Virus record (IMG/VR): IMGVR_UViG_3300031994_000004
Source: a virus
Lineage: Duplodnaviria; Caudoviricetes
Reading direction: 5' to 3' (one strand)
Length of the DNA stretch: 64,000 nucleotides
Below the pieces are notes generated by a model. It saw only the letters and a program-made list of their open reading frames with translations, made no database searches and had not been told where the DNA came from. The translations under genes and the position numbers were made by a program. How positions within the stretch are numbered: position 1 is the first letter of the stretch; each line of letters begins with the position of its first letter. Below are positions 8,906 through 20,362 of this stretch, one piece after another.

Positions 8906-9772
8906 ATGGATTTAGTTGATATACTTGGAAATACTTTTGATTATTTGTTAGAAATTCCTAACAGAGTTAAGAAGTGTGTACACGAACAAGCTACACACGA
9001 AGAAAGGAATAATCTAATTGAATACAAACGAAAGAAAGCCATTATAGACAAACTAAAAGAAAAGTATGGATTGACTGGTTCCGGTGATGATGCTGGAGAA
9101 GGGTGGTGTAACATTGAGCTTGAATTACACGATAAAAAATGGAGTGTAATTTTTTGCCAAAATAAAACTATTCATATAAGTAATGAAAGTTATTTCAGTT
9201 ATTTTCCAGATTTTAAATGGAAATGGCCTGAACCAACTGACATGAATTCACGATGGGCATATTTGCCAAAAGATACTCCTGACGATTATTATTTAACTTG
9301 GGATAACCCAGTACCAATTAAAGAAGATGCTACATTTGAAGAAGTAGAAGCAATTTTACTTCGTTTAATTGAACGATTTAAAGAACTTAAATCTGAATAC
9401 AAAGAAAAGAAAGCAGCAGATGATTTTGACACAACTGCCGCTCTGTTTGAAAGTCTTAAATCGCATTATCATTTAATAGAACCTGAAAATTCTATAAATG
9501 CCACCAGATATGCTTACTCACCTGACATTAGGTATTTCGTGATTTCGTATTGTAAAGCACGAAACAAAATTTATGTTCCGTCTGGTTTGGAACAACAAGA
9601 AATAGTTTTGGGTGGACTGGAATCATTTACATTACCAGATTGTTGGGAAATGAAGTGTAATGAACAAACTATAACTGCTACAACATTTGATGAATACAAA
9701 AAGTATCTTGATGGTATTTTGAAACATTACAAGACCATAGAACAAAGTAAATGGGAAAAGTACGATATATGA
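8906..9772 (+). CDS. probable fusion of two DF-type modules
   Basis: Internal KEKKAADDFD near 9400-9430; ends SKWEKYDI*. Confidence 0.65.
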   Translation: MDLVDILGNTFDYLLEIPNRVKKCVHEQATHEERNNLIEYKRKKAIIDKLKEKYGLTGSGDDAGEGWCNIELELHDKKWSVIFCQNKTIHISNESYFSYFPDFKWKWPEPTDMNSRWAYLPKDTPDDYYLTWDNPVPIKEDATFEEVEAILLRLIERFKELKSEYKEKKAADDFDTTAALFESLKSHYHLIEPENSINATRYAYSPDIRYFVISYCKARNKIYVPSGLEQQEIVLGGLESFTLPDCWEMKCNEQTITATTFDEYKKYLDGILKHYKTIEQSKWEKYDI

Positions 9773-10341
9773 GAAAAGAACTTACAAAGAAAGAAAAAGA
9801 AAATCTACTCCAAATGAACCATTTATTAGAGCGAGAAATTGCTAAGTGGCCTGAATGGAGAGGTTTGGCAGACCTCACTTTATCTTTTGATTACACTAGA
9901 TTTCAAACTAGAAGAGCAGATAATTATAGTGAGAAATTAGATAAAATTTCGTTAAACCATCATTTAGACAGTACTTATATTTTAAGTGCTATGAACGTGG
10001 ATTTCACTGACAATAGAATACCTAGTAATTATAAAATGACTGTTGATATACATCCTTTTCAATGGCGTCCAAATCCAAGTAAAGGTATTTTACAATTTGA
10101 ATCTGAAATTGCTGCCGCTAATCGTATTTCAAAGAAAGTTGAAGATGATGACCTGTTAGATTGGGTAAGAATTGAAATGAAAAAGAAGGCAACTGAATTT
10201 GACAATGCTTGTAAATTCATTGAAAGTCACGAAGACCAATTTAGACAGTGGGAAGAAATGCAGAGACAAGCAAACATCTTCTATAATAAAATACAAAATA
10301 ACTTTAATGCGGAGTTAAGAGCGAATGGAGATTTTAAGTGA
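9769..10341 (+). CDS. DF-tail protein
   Basis: Ends ELRANGDFK*. Confidence 0.7.
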   Translation: MRKELTKKEKENLLQMNHLLEREIAKWPEWRGLADLTLSFDYTRFQTRRADNYSEKLDKISLNHHLDSTYILSAMNVDFTDNRIPSNYKMTVDIHPFQWRPNPSKGILQFESEIAAANRISKKVEDDDLLDWVRIEMKKKATEFDNACKFIESHEDQFRQWEEMQRQANIFYNKIQNNFNAELRANGDFK

Positions 10342-10765
10342 TATAATAGAATTTTTATTTAACCGTAAGAAAAAACAAAATGATGAAATCAGAACTGCGA
10401 TGGAACTAATTAACCCATACAAGTTTTTTCAAGAATTAGCAGATTATGCTCAGTCATTAGGTTTCGCAGTCGCAGAAGGTATTAGAGATAGTGGTTTTTC
10501 TTTAGAAGAACCAAATTATGCTGCACATGGTATACAGTTTAAAATGTATGGTATGATTGTAGCAGTTGGTTTAAATACTATATTGACTGATCGTTATACT
10601 GCAGGAATCTATTTTACAAGTGGTAAAGAAAGTGGTGGATTTGCAGGACCATTCACACTTACTACTTTAAAAAAGTGTAAAGAAGATTTATATAAATTAG
10701 TAGTAAGACTAAAAGAAAATCATCAACAAATTAAATTAGATAGCATTAACGAAGATTTTGTATGA
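10325..10765 (+). CDS. DF-tail protein
   Basis: Ends IKLDSINEDFV*. Confidence 0.8.
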   Translation: MEILSDIIEFLFNRKKKQNDEIRTAMELINPYKFFQELADYAQSLGFAVAEGIRDSGFSLEEPNYAAHGIQFKMYGMIVAVGLNTILTDRYTAGIYFTSGKESGGFAGPFTLTTLKKCKEDLYKLVVRLKENHQQIKLDSINEDFV

Positions 10766-11124
10766 CATTAGAAGATTTTTTCCAACAGTTACACGATTTT
10801 GGTATTTCAATGAATTTGAATGTAGATGAACTGTATGGTGATACTGCACTTCAGTACAAAATAAATCAAAATCAAAATTACAAACCGAATTATGTAAAGA
10901 ACGGAATTGAACTTGATAACAAAGACTGCTATATAATTTTTATTGCCATCTATCAACGAGAAGAAAATCAAGTCCGATATATGAACTGTGAACAACATTT
11001 AAGACTTTGTCAAGTAGACGAAGAAGGATTGGAACTGTGTAAACAGTGTATTTTAGATGGTATAAGAATACGAAAAGAAGAAGATAACCAATTAAGATTA
11101 GATAACATCAATAAAGATTTTTAA
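10762..11124 (+). CDS. DF-tail protein
   Basis: Ends LRLDNINKDF*. Confidence 0.8.
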   Translation: MTLEDFFQQLHDFGISMNLNVDELYGDTALQYKINQNQNYKPNYVKNGIELDNKDCYIIFIAIYQREENQVRYMNCEQHLRLCQVDEEGLELCKQCILDGIRIRKEEDNQLRLDNINKDF

Positions 11125-11186
11125 GTTCAACTTGAAACAAAATTGGTAAATGACATATAGCCAAATGAGCTTTAAATTACTATATT
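11123..11186 (+). promoter_or_regulatory. variant promoter cassette (AAGTTCAACTTGAAACAAAATT upstream motif)
   Basis: Motif shared with 41394 (near-match at 36561); TAGCCA 11158, TATATT 11181. Confidence 0.55.
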
Positions 11187-11220
11187 AAAATTAAACAAAA
11201 CAATGGAGATTAAAAAACTT

Positions 11221-12567
11221 ATGGAAATTAAAAACTATATTGACTTTCTTTCACAGAACAAGACAGAACGTGAATGTGTAGCATTTGCGGAACGTGAACT
11301 TCGTAATCACGGTTTCAAGTCTCGTAAAGAATTTGCAGATTTGTCTAGCGGCGATAAGGTCTATTACAAGAATAAGGACAAAAACATCGCTGCTTTTATC
11401 ATTGGTAAGCAAGGACTTAGTGGTAAGGGTTTGAATTTGCTCGGTGCTCATATTGACTCCCCACGATTGGATGTAAAGACTCAGCCGCTTTATGAAGATA
11501 CTGGTATGGGTTATTTTGACCTTCAGTATTATGGTGGCATTAAGAAGTACCAGTGGACTGCTCGTCCTCTCGCAATTCACGGTGTAGTTTGTAAGCTTGA
11601 CGGTACAAAGATTCCAGTAAAACTTGGTGATACTGGTAGTGGTTACACATTCTGTATCACAGACCTTCTTCCACATTTGGATAAGACACAAGCTGACCGA
11701 AAGGCTAGCGAAACCATCAAGGGCGAAAAGTTGGATTTGCTTTTGGGAACTGTAAAAATTGAAAAGGGTGAAGACGAAGATGAAGAAAAGGACCCGGTCA
11801 AGGCAAACATTCTCAAAATTCTCAAGGACCAATACAACATTGAAGAAGACGATTTTCTTTCTGCTGAATTTGAAGTAGTTCCAGCTGGTGAAGCATCATT
11901 TGTTGGTATTGACAAGTCTATGGTTGGTGGTTATGGTCAGGATGACCGCGTTTGTGCTTGGACTTCTTTGATGGCTCTCATTGATGTTGCCGACGAAAAT
12001 GAAGTTCCTGCTCGCACAAGTGGTTGTGTTCTAGTGGATAAGGAAGAAGTTGGTTCTATTTGTGCTACTGGTTCCGAATCCCGTTGGTTGGAAGATGTAC
12101 TTTCCGATCTGACCGGTGACTGCGGGCACGTAGAATTTGGTCGCATTTTGGCAAACACTAATATGCTCAGTTCCGATGTGTCTGCCGCTTATGACCCGCT
12201 CTATGGTGAAGTTTCTAACAAGGAAATGACCTGTAAGCTTGGTGGTGGTTTTATGCTTTCCAAGTATAATGGTGGTCGCGGTAAGGGTGGTGGCGCAGAT
12301 GCTAACCCGGAATTTATCGCTGCCGTTCGTAAGACATTGAACGATGCTGGCACCAAGTATCAGTTTGATACTATGGGTAAGGTAGATGTTGGCGGTGGTG
12401 GAACGATTGCTTCTATCGTCTGCCGTTTGAACATCAATGTTATGGACGCAGGTGTTCCAGTGCTCAATATGCACAGTCCAATGGAAATCACACACGTAGA
12501 TGACATTACCAGTACTTACGAAGGTTATAAGGCTTTCTTGAAGTCCGACCTTACGATTTTTGACTAA
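11221..12567 (+). CDS. M18 family aminopeptidase (ApeA/ApeB-like)
   Basis: GAHIDSPRL, YYGGIKKYQW, GQDDRVC, DKEEVGS, SSDV, GGGGTIA, MHSPME. Confidence 0.92.
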   Translation: MEIKNYIDFLSQNKTERECVAFAERELRNHGFKSRKEFADLSSGDKVYYKNKDKNIAAFIIGKQGLSGKGLNLLGAHIDSPRLDVKTQPLYEDTGMGYFDLQYYGGIKKYQWTARPLAIHGVVCKLDGTKIPVKLGDTGSGYTFCITDLLPHLDKTQADRKASETIKGEKLDLLLGTVKIEKGEDEDEEKDPVKANILKILKDQYNIEEDDFLSAEFEVVPAGEASFVGIDKSMVGGYGQDDRVCAWTSLMALIDVADENEVPARTSGCVLVDKEEVGSICATGSESRWLEDVLSDLTGDCGHVEFGRILANTNMLSSDVSAAYDPLYGEVSNKEMTCKLGGGFMLSKYNGGRGKGGGADANPEFIAAVRKTLNDAGTKYQFDTMGKVDVGGGGTIASIVCRLNINVMDAGVPVLNMHSPMEITHVDDITSTYEGYKAFLKSDLTIFD

Positions 12568-12714
12568 CTGAAAACTCGGCATATACATACCTTATATGAA
12601 ATGGTTATTTTCTTAAGTTTAAAATTTTGAAAATAATTATTTCATTTGATTTAATTTGTTATATTTGGATATAAATAAAACAAAATTGTTAAACCAATAA
12701 ATTGAGGTGAAAAT

Positions 12715-12931
12715 ATGCAAGATTACGAAGTTATTGAAGGTGAAGACATCCTTTCCAATAGTTTGAGAGCCATTAAGCAGTACATTCCACGCAAGTTGGA
12801 TGAAGCTATTAAGCACGCTCCCACACGGAGATAAGTCTACCCCACAATATCAGTTGAACGCCGCATTTAATGAAGGTTATAAGAAGGCCCTTGAGGACCT
12901 CGCAACATTCATTAAAGCTATGGGTGTCTAA
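12715..12931 (+). pseudogene. small gene broken by a +1 frameshift (or programmed shift, or assembly error)
   Basis: GAGG RBS; zero frame stops at 12834 after ACA CGG AGA; +1 frame continues GDKSTPQ...FNEGYKKALEDLATFIKAMGV*. Confidence 0.55.
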
Positions 12932-12937
12932 AAACAT

Positions 12938-13036
12938 TTGTTTGACTTAGCCCACTGTCAAACGAGGCATAATACACGAACGTGGTTATGTTTAAATTTT
13001 AGTGGGCATTGTGATACTGAATTCAGATCACAGAGG
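12938..13036 (+). promoter_or_regulatory. structured 5' leader of hsp20 (possible pseudoknot or thermometer)
   Basis: Stem 12940-46/12957-63; loop GCCCACT pairs with AGTGGGC 13001-07; stem 13010-13032 abuts the GAGG RBS. Confidence 0.45.
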
Positions 13037-13043
13037 TTAAAAA

Positions 13044-13517
13044 ATGATTAACACAAATAACATTTTTGGAAATCCACTTGAAGCTATGACACAGCTTGAA
13101 CAGGCTATGAACGGAATGTTCGGCGGTACGAAAGAAGCTCCAGTCATTAACACAAAGATTGATTTTCCGATCGACATTTATACTGAAGCAGACGGCACAT
13201 TAGTATTTGAAGTCGCTGTAGTTGGTATGGGTGCTGACGAAGTCAAGGTTACTGTAAAGAAGGAAAATGGTAGAAATACTCTTGCCATTAAGGCTCAACC
13301 AAAAGAATTGAGTGACGAAGACAAGAAGGCCATTGAAACTCGCAATTACGAAGGTGGAATTAAGAAGATTAAGAAGGCCACAAAGCTTGAATTTTCTCGC
13401 TTGATTCCAATGAACTTTGATGTTGAAAAGACAACAAAGACAGTTGAAAATGGTCTTTTGACTATTCGTATTCCTGTTAAGGAAGAAGAAAAGCCAGTTG
13501 AAATTGAAATTCAGTAA
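13044..13517 (+). CDS. small heat shock protein (Hsp20/alpha-crystallin)
   Basis: FPIDIY...FEVAVVG, ENGLLTIRIP, C-terminal IEI motif. Confidence 0.85.
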   Translation: MINTNNIFGNPLEAMTQLEQAMNGMFGGTKEAPVINTKIDFPIDIYTEADGTLVFEVAVVGMGADEVKVTVKKENGRNTLAIKAQPKELSDEDKKAIETRNYEGGIKKIKKATKLEFSRLIPMNFDVEKTTKTVENGLLTIRIPVKEEEKPVEIEIQ

Positions 13518-13538
13518 TTAAGATTGGAACAAATTAAC

Positions 13539-15262
<1,724 letters not shown>

Positions 15263-15285
15263 TAAATGGAACTAAAGGAGCTTTT

Positions 15286-15645
15286 ATGAAACTAACTGTT
15301 GAAAATGCGGTTGAGATTGCGAAAAAATACAACTTCGCTTATGACGAAGATTTAGGAGAAATTGTTATTCCTAGTAATATCTGGATTGATGATGACGATT
15401 TGGGTTTTATGCGACTTGAAACTGGTATTGATGGTCTTGAATTTAATTGTGCTTATGAATTTGGAATTACAGCATTGAAAAGTGGCAAATTTGGGTTTCA
15501 TACTTCTACATTCAGGAACATTACAACAACAGAAGAATTTGAAGAAAACATTAAAAACTTTTTGTATTTTATTGAATTAGTAAAACCACTTGAAAAGAAA
15601 TATGCTGAACAAGTTAAACTGAATAAGATTGATGGAGATTTCTAA
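15286..15645 (+). CDS. DF-tail protein
   Basis: Ends VKLNKIDGDF*. Confidence 0.8.
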   Translation: MKLTVENAVEIAKKYNFAYDEDLGEIVIPSNIWIDDDDLGFMRLETGIDGLEFNCAYEFGITALKSGKFGFHTSTFRNITTTEEFEENIKNFLYFIELVKPLEKKYAEQVKLNKIDGDF

Positions 15646-15938
15646 TGGTTGAAAATCCTTTAGCAGAACAAAGATTACGAACAATGTGTATGAACTGGTG
15701 TTTCTTACATGACCAGGGGTTTTTAACTACTTTGGATTTGGAAGGTTATAAAAGACTGAGATGTAATTTATACAAAAAGGTTAGAAGTCATCCGCAGTTT
15801 GAAACATTAGTTAAACCTGCTTATGAAGAATTTAAAAAGACAAATGGTGGTGAAGACGATTTCAACAAATGCCAAACTTTTGTGTTTAAACTAATGGATT
15901 TGATTAACAGAGAAGATAAAATTCTTGAGGATTTTTAA
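15645..15938 (+). CDS. DF-tail protein
   Basis: Ends REDKILEDF*. Confidence 0.75.
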   Translation: MVENPLAEQRLRTMCMNWCFLHDQGFLTTLDLEGYKRLRCNLYKKVRSHPQFETLVKPAYEEFKKTNGGEDDFNKCQTFVFKLMDLINREDKILEDF

Positions 15939-16312
15939 TGCTCACTCCTTCCGAAGCTATTGAAGTTGTTCGTAAACTATCTGGGTTTATGTATGTGGAT
16001 ATGGATGGGTATCTTCCTCCTGACCATACTTTGTTTGCTATTACTTTACATGACCCAGATTTTTATGCAAGTGCTACTGTAATTGAGTATCAGTTTGATA
16101 AAACAACAAATGATTTAACTCAATGCTACAGCAGAAAAATTTTTAATGTATTCTTTGTTTTACACGATAAAATTTATTCTAGTTTTAATCCCGAAAATAC
16201 TACGATAAATAATAAGGAAGATTTAGAAAAGTTTTTATTAGATGTTAAATATAAATTAAAACTTGCTAAAGAAGAATTGAGATTGTCTAGACTTACAAAG
16301 GATTTTGAATGA
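15938..16312 (+). CDS. DF-tail protein
   Basis: Ends LRLSRLTKDFE*. Confidence 0.8.
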   Translation: MLTPSEAIEVVRKLSGFMYVDMDGYLPPDHTLFAITLHDPDFYASATVIEYQFDKTTNDLTQCYSRKIFNVFFVLHDKIYSSFNPENTTINNKEDLEKFLLDVKYKLKLAKEELRLSRLTKDFE

Positions 16313-16740
16313 TTACAGTTGATGAATTTAAACAATTAGCGACTGAAACAGGTTTAATGTTTTGGGAAAATGAAGCATTATTTTATAAGAGAGAAACAAC
16401 TTATTATCTAAGTTATCCAATGCCGATGTTTAGAGAGAACTGCGAAGATGATGAAGATTATAAAATGAAAAGCGCTGTAATCAGTTTAGCCCCATACAAA
16501 GACCCACCTGAAATTTACATTTATGGTAATATACTTTATGATTTTGACCATCTTGATAAACTGGTTGAAGGTAAAGAAATTTATTGTTACAATATGATTT
16601 CTGCTTTGGAATACGATGACGGACTACAATGGAACGATAAAACTTATGAAGAAATTAGGGACGAAGTTCTAAAAGTAAAGAAAATGATTTTTGATAAACA
16701 ACAGGAGATAAATCTTGAAAAAATAAAAGGAGATTTCTAA
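16309..16740 (+). CDS. DF-tail protein
   Basis: Ends INLEKIKGDF*. Confidence 0.8.
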   Translation: MITVDEFKQLATETGLMFWENEALFYKRETTYYLSYPMPMFRENCEDDEDYKMKSAVISLAPYKDPPEIYIYGNILYDFDHLDKLVEGKEIYCYNMISALEYDDGLQWNDKTYEEIRDEVLKVKKMIFDKQQEINLEKIKGDF

Positions 16741-16741
16741 A

Positions 16742-16900
16742 ATGTTAAAATCCCATTTTTGCCACACCAGAGAAGAAGTTGCCCGCTACATTAACGAACA
16801 GAAAATTAAACGAGAACAAATCCAAAGTATTATTTGGATGGATAGTCAAAAAGGTTTCGCTGTATTTTATTGGGAAACTCCCCAATTATTGAACGAATAA
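16742..16900 (+). CDS. small hypothetical protein (52 aa)
   Basis: GGAG RBS; MLKSHFCHTREEVARYIN... Confidence 0.55.
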   Translation: MLKSHFCHTREEVARYINEQKIKREQIQSIIWMDSQKGFAVFYWETPQLLNE

Positions 16901-16966
16901 TGTAAAGAAAATTTTACAATAATTTCCGCAGTTCCCATTGACAAACAATGGGAATTTTTCTATATT
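16901..16966 (+). promoter_or_regulatory. promoter cassette with box and hairpin
   Basis: Box 16901-18; TTGACA 16938; TATATT 16961; TTCCCATTG/CAATGGGAA. Confidence 0.85.
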
Positions 16967-17001
16967 TACTTATGTAAACGATAAACCAAGAGGTAACAAA
17001 T

Positions 17002-17523
17002 ATGAATCCTTTCTATGTAACTCGCTGCTGGAACAATGAACTCAAGAAATGTGTGTATAAGGTTTTGGAACGTCGTTGGTTCCAGCTTGCTCGTTATCTC
17101 ATTGGGATTGGTTCGGTAACTGACGCAGCAGAAGAAGAATATGAGAAAAATGGTTACAAGTTGGAACGTCTGCCGCGTGAAGAACGAATTGTAAAATCCA
17201 AGCGTGAAGCTATGATGAATAACGCATTTGGTTTGGGTTACGCAGATGGTTTTCTGTCAAAGACCTGGGCTATGTTCCTACACGATGGCCTTATCCAGCC
17301 CCGCGACGGATGGGAACGTTCCTTCTGTTATCGTTGGGATGGTGGTAAAACATATTATGAAAGAGCACTGGGCAAGCATGGCTACGTACTGACCAGGTAT
17401 GGCATTAGCAAGTATATGGAAGTTCTCCCAAAACTGAGTGAATACAGAAAGCAGGCCGAAATTCGCTGTGCTAAAAAGAATGGGATTGAATTTAAGGAAT
17501 CCACTATCTTTTCTGAATGTTAA
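17002..17523 (+). CDS. hypothetical protein
   Basis: GAGGT RBS. Confidence 0.7.
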   Translation: MNPFYVTRCWNNELKKCVYKVLERRWFQLARYLIGIGSVTDAAEEEYEKNGYKLERLPREERIVKSKREAMMNNAFGLGYADGFLSKTWAMFLHDGLIQPRDGWERSFCYRWDGGKTYYERALGKHGYVLTRYGISKYMEVLPKLSEYRKQAEIRCAKKNGIEFKESTIFSEC

Positions 17524-17545
17524 TAAATTTTTACAAGGAATAAGA

Positions 17546-17884
17546 ATGAAAAACTTCACAAATAAGCAGCTGAAAGTCATTGAAAAAACAGTTCGTGAAC
17601 AATTACTTGCTATTGTAGGCAAAGCTTATGAATTTGGCTGGGGTGATTATCTTTCAGGTGAAGATGGTGAATTGAAAGGAATTTTGCCAAAGAAAATTGA
17701 AACTAAAATTGAATCTATTGATGTTCCTCGCCATCGTGACGGCGAATGGGGTGAAGATATGTATGTAAATTTGGTAACTGGACAAACTATAACAGTTAAA
17801 TTGAGTGATTTGGAACGTGGTATGTGTAAGGCTCATTATGCTTACAAATACATAGAAAATGTTTTTTCGCATCAATGTAACTAA
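17546..17884 (+). CDS. hypothetical protein
   Basis: AAGGA RBS before ATG 17546. Confidence 0.65.
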   Translation: MKNFTNKQLKVIEKTVREQLLAIVGKAYEFGWGDYLSGEDGELKGILPKKIETKIESIDVPRHRDGEWGEDMYVNLVTGQTITVKLSDLERGMCKAHYAYKYIENVFSHQCN

Positions 17885-17941
17885 ATTTTTACACAATTTT
17901 ACAAAATTGTTATTGACGAACTGAAGAAATATAACTATATT
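17876..17941 (+). promoter_or_regulatory. promoter cassette with box
   Basis: TGTAAC-N6-TTTACA; TTGACG 17913; TATATT 17936. Confidence 0.75.
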
Positions 17942-17975
17942 TTCTTTAGAAACAAACAACAAAAGAGGTTTAAGA

Positions 17976-18806
17976 ATGGTTGATAATTTTGCTCTCATTG
18001 AAGAATATATGGCAAAGCAGGCTATTACTTGGAAAGAAGGCGATTGCTACTATGTGCAGTTGCTCCGTCGCCAGGCGGATGACCCGATGATTGGTGGTGT
18101 GAAGGACAAGAAGTATCACGGCAATATGCACAGCCGCTCTATCAAGGACTATCTCATCAAGTCAGTTGACCATCTTGAAGATGTCAAGCAGCAGATTATT
18201 GAATTTTGTAAGCTTGAAAATGTGAGAGCATACATTCGTCTGAACAAGCGCAACTATAAGAACATTGCACTTCAAATGATGAAACACATCGCTGAACAAG
18301 CTGCTAGTGGTGAAACTTACTCTAGTCCGTTCCATCTCGTTTCATCTGCTTGTGGTGAATGTTGCCAGGCTGGTGACGATAAGACTTGGATTGTGGACCT
18401 GGATAAGGAATACCTTCCGTATGAAAATGAAATCATTGACATGATTTGTCAGTGTATGCCAATTTCCGCAAAACTCCAGGAAATCTATGACTCCACCAAT
18501 GCTGAAATTCATAGCACTGGAAACCCGTGTGGTGTGTCAATGGAAGAAATCAAGCAGAAGTATGTGGCTGAAAATTTCTTCATTGTGCCGACTAAGAGCG
18601 GAAAGCACATCGTGTGTAAACCGTTCAACAGGGATACATTTAGCCATGTGCCTAATGCTGATGCTATCGCAAAGGCAAAGAAAGAAGGCAAAGAACCGAA
18701 AATGGGTCTCTGGGAACAGTTCTGTAAGTCTCGCGGCATTGAACTGAAGTGTATGGACATCCATAAGGACAACCCGACAATCCTGTATGTGCCTGACATG
18801 CAGTAG
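17976..18806 (+). CDS. putative archaeo-eukaryotic primase (AEP) superfamily-like protein
   Basis: WIVDLD (motif I-like), TKSGKH (motif II-like), IHKD (motif III-like). Confidence 0.5.
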   Translation: MVDNFALIEEYMAKQAITWKEGDCYYVQLLRRQADDPMIGGVKDKKYHGNMHSRSIKDYLIKSVDHLEDVKQQIIEFCKLENVRAYIRLNKRNYKNIALQMMKHIAEQAASGETYSSPFHLVSSACGECCQAGDDKTWIVDLDKEYLPYENEIIDMICQCMPISAKLQEIYDSTNAEIHSTGNPCGVSMEEIKQKYVAENFFIVPTKSGKHIVCKPFNRDTFSHVPNADAIAKAKKEGKEPKMGLWEQFCKSRGIELKCMDIHKDNPTILYVPDMQ

Positions 18807-18822
18807 GGAGGACCTGGTTCTA

Positions 18823-19176
18823 ATGACTGAAGAAGAATTAAAAACATTTTTGCTTGCCGAACTAAAACCATTTGTTAATAAAGTATTCTGGGACTCAGAT
18901 GGTATGTGGGCATCTGGAAAAAACAGTACATATATCGCATATTACAAGCGTGATGTTTCTACTGCTAAACCAGGTCTGTATATCACAAAATTTATAAGTG
19001 ACGATGGAGCAGTTGTTAATGAGAAAGGAGTATTGTATTGGGGTTCCTGGCCTGAAGAATTGAAAGTCAGTCTAAATGATGATGACGAAATTCGCAGGAG
19101 AGTTTACAACATTATCAAACGGATGAAAGAAATTGAGAACAACAAAAGAATGAAGAATATACAGAAGGATTTTTAA
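18823..19176 (+). CDS. DF-tail protein
   Basis: Ends KRMKNIQKDF*. Confidence 0.8.
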   Translation: MTEEELKTFLLAELKPFVNKVFWDSDGMWASGKNSTYIAYYKRDVSTAKPGLYITKFISDDGAVVNEKGVLYWGSWPEELKVSLNDDDEIRRRVYNIIKRMKEIENNKRMKNIQKDF

Positions 19177-19559
19177 TGGGTAAGAAAACCAGTAATGTTT
19201 CGGATAAAGTAATTAGTTTGGGGAAAACTCTAATTGAGTTTGCTAAACAGTGCGATTATGTATATTCCGAAACTAACAACATTTATACTTATGGCCTGGA
19301 CATTGTTGCTAGACAGTTTAATCTTGGGGATAAATATGCTTCAATTTTCAGTTTAGGACAAGTAGGAAAACATAAGTGGGAAATTGGTTACTGGAAATCT
19401 TATAAAGACGAAGATCTATCTTATCATTACTTCAAAGATAACGAAATGGACTACAATAAAGAAGTTTCTATCTGGACAAAATATATTCAAAATTTTAGCA
19501 AAAAGATAAAGAAAAAATCTATATTTGAGCGAGAACAGAAAATTAAGGAGGACTTTTAA
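19176..19559 (+). CDS. DF-tail protein
   Basis: Ends REQKIKEDF*. Confidence 0.8.
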   Translation: MGKKTSNVSDKVISLGKTLIEFAKQCDYVYSETNNIYTYGLDIVARQFNLGDKYASIFSLGQVGKHKWEIGYWKSYKDEDLSYHYFKDNEMDYNKEVSIWTKYIQNFSKKIKKKSIFEREQKIKEDF

Positions 19560-19900
19560 TGACTTATACTTTTACAGAAGACGAAATAAAAATTTTTCTT
19601 GACTGGTCAGTTTATGCTCAGGGCGAAAAGAGCCATTTGGAACCTGAAGAAGAACAAATGATTAGACGATTGAACAAGATTGTTCGCAAAGATTTTGATG
19701 AACTTGATAATGAAGGAAAAGTTTATCGTTTCTGTGAAGAAAATGAATATCCGATTGGTTGGTATAGTCCCGCATATTCTTCGGGAGACCACAACACATA
19801 TTTCCAGATTGAAAAAGAAGGTAAGGAACCTTTGAACATTAACACGAATACTGATTACAAACAAGTTATCAAGCAGATTGTGAATTATTTTGAGGACTAA
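19559..19900 (+). CDS. hypothetical protein
   Basis: TAATG coupling. Confidence 0.65.
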   Translation: MTYTFTEDEIKIFLDWSVYAQGEKSHLEPEEEQMIRRLNKIVRKDFDELDNEGKVYRFCEENEYPIGWYSPAYSSGDHNTYFQIEKEGKEPLNINTNTDYKQVIKQIVNYFED

Positions 19901-19901
19901 A

Positions 19902-20360
19902 ATGAAACCAGTTTATCTTTACAGAAAGAACAAGGAAATGAATTGTGTGACAGCTATGATTGGAGCTGAAGTCAGAAATGCTATTCAAAACTGGCGTAAG
20001 GCAAACAAACTTCCACTTGACTTTCATGTTCCGACCTTGTGTGTTTACTACACAAAAGAAATTATGAAAACGGCTTTGATTGAAGGTGTAACTGACGCAA
20101 ATCCAAAGAACCCACATTTGTTTGAACTGTGCTTGGTGGATAATGTGGAATTTGTCAGTCCCAGAGATGAACTTGGTTTTTCAAAAACACAAGAAGAACG
20201 ATGGAAAGATTTTTTGGATTTTGACAAGCACGATTTAATCTTTTGGAGTCCACTTGGCGGGTCCATTGGTGTATGTGATTGTTTGAGTGGAAATGCTCCT
20301 GTCATTCAAAAGCAAGTTGACGAAGCAATTAAGAAAAATTATTTTAACTTGTATGTGTAA
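19902..20360 (+). CDS. hypothetical protein
   Basis: GAGG RBS. Confidence 0.65.
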   Translation: MKPVYLYRKNKEMNCVTAMIGAEVRNAIQNWRKANKLPLDFHVPTLCVYYTKEIMKTALIEGVTDANPKNPHLFELCLVDNVEFVSPRDELGFSKTQEERWKDFLDFDKHDLIFWSPLGGSIGVCDCLSGNAPVIQKQVDEAIKKNYFNLYV

Positions 20361-20362
20361 TT

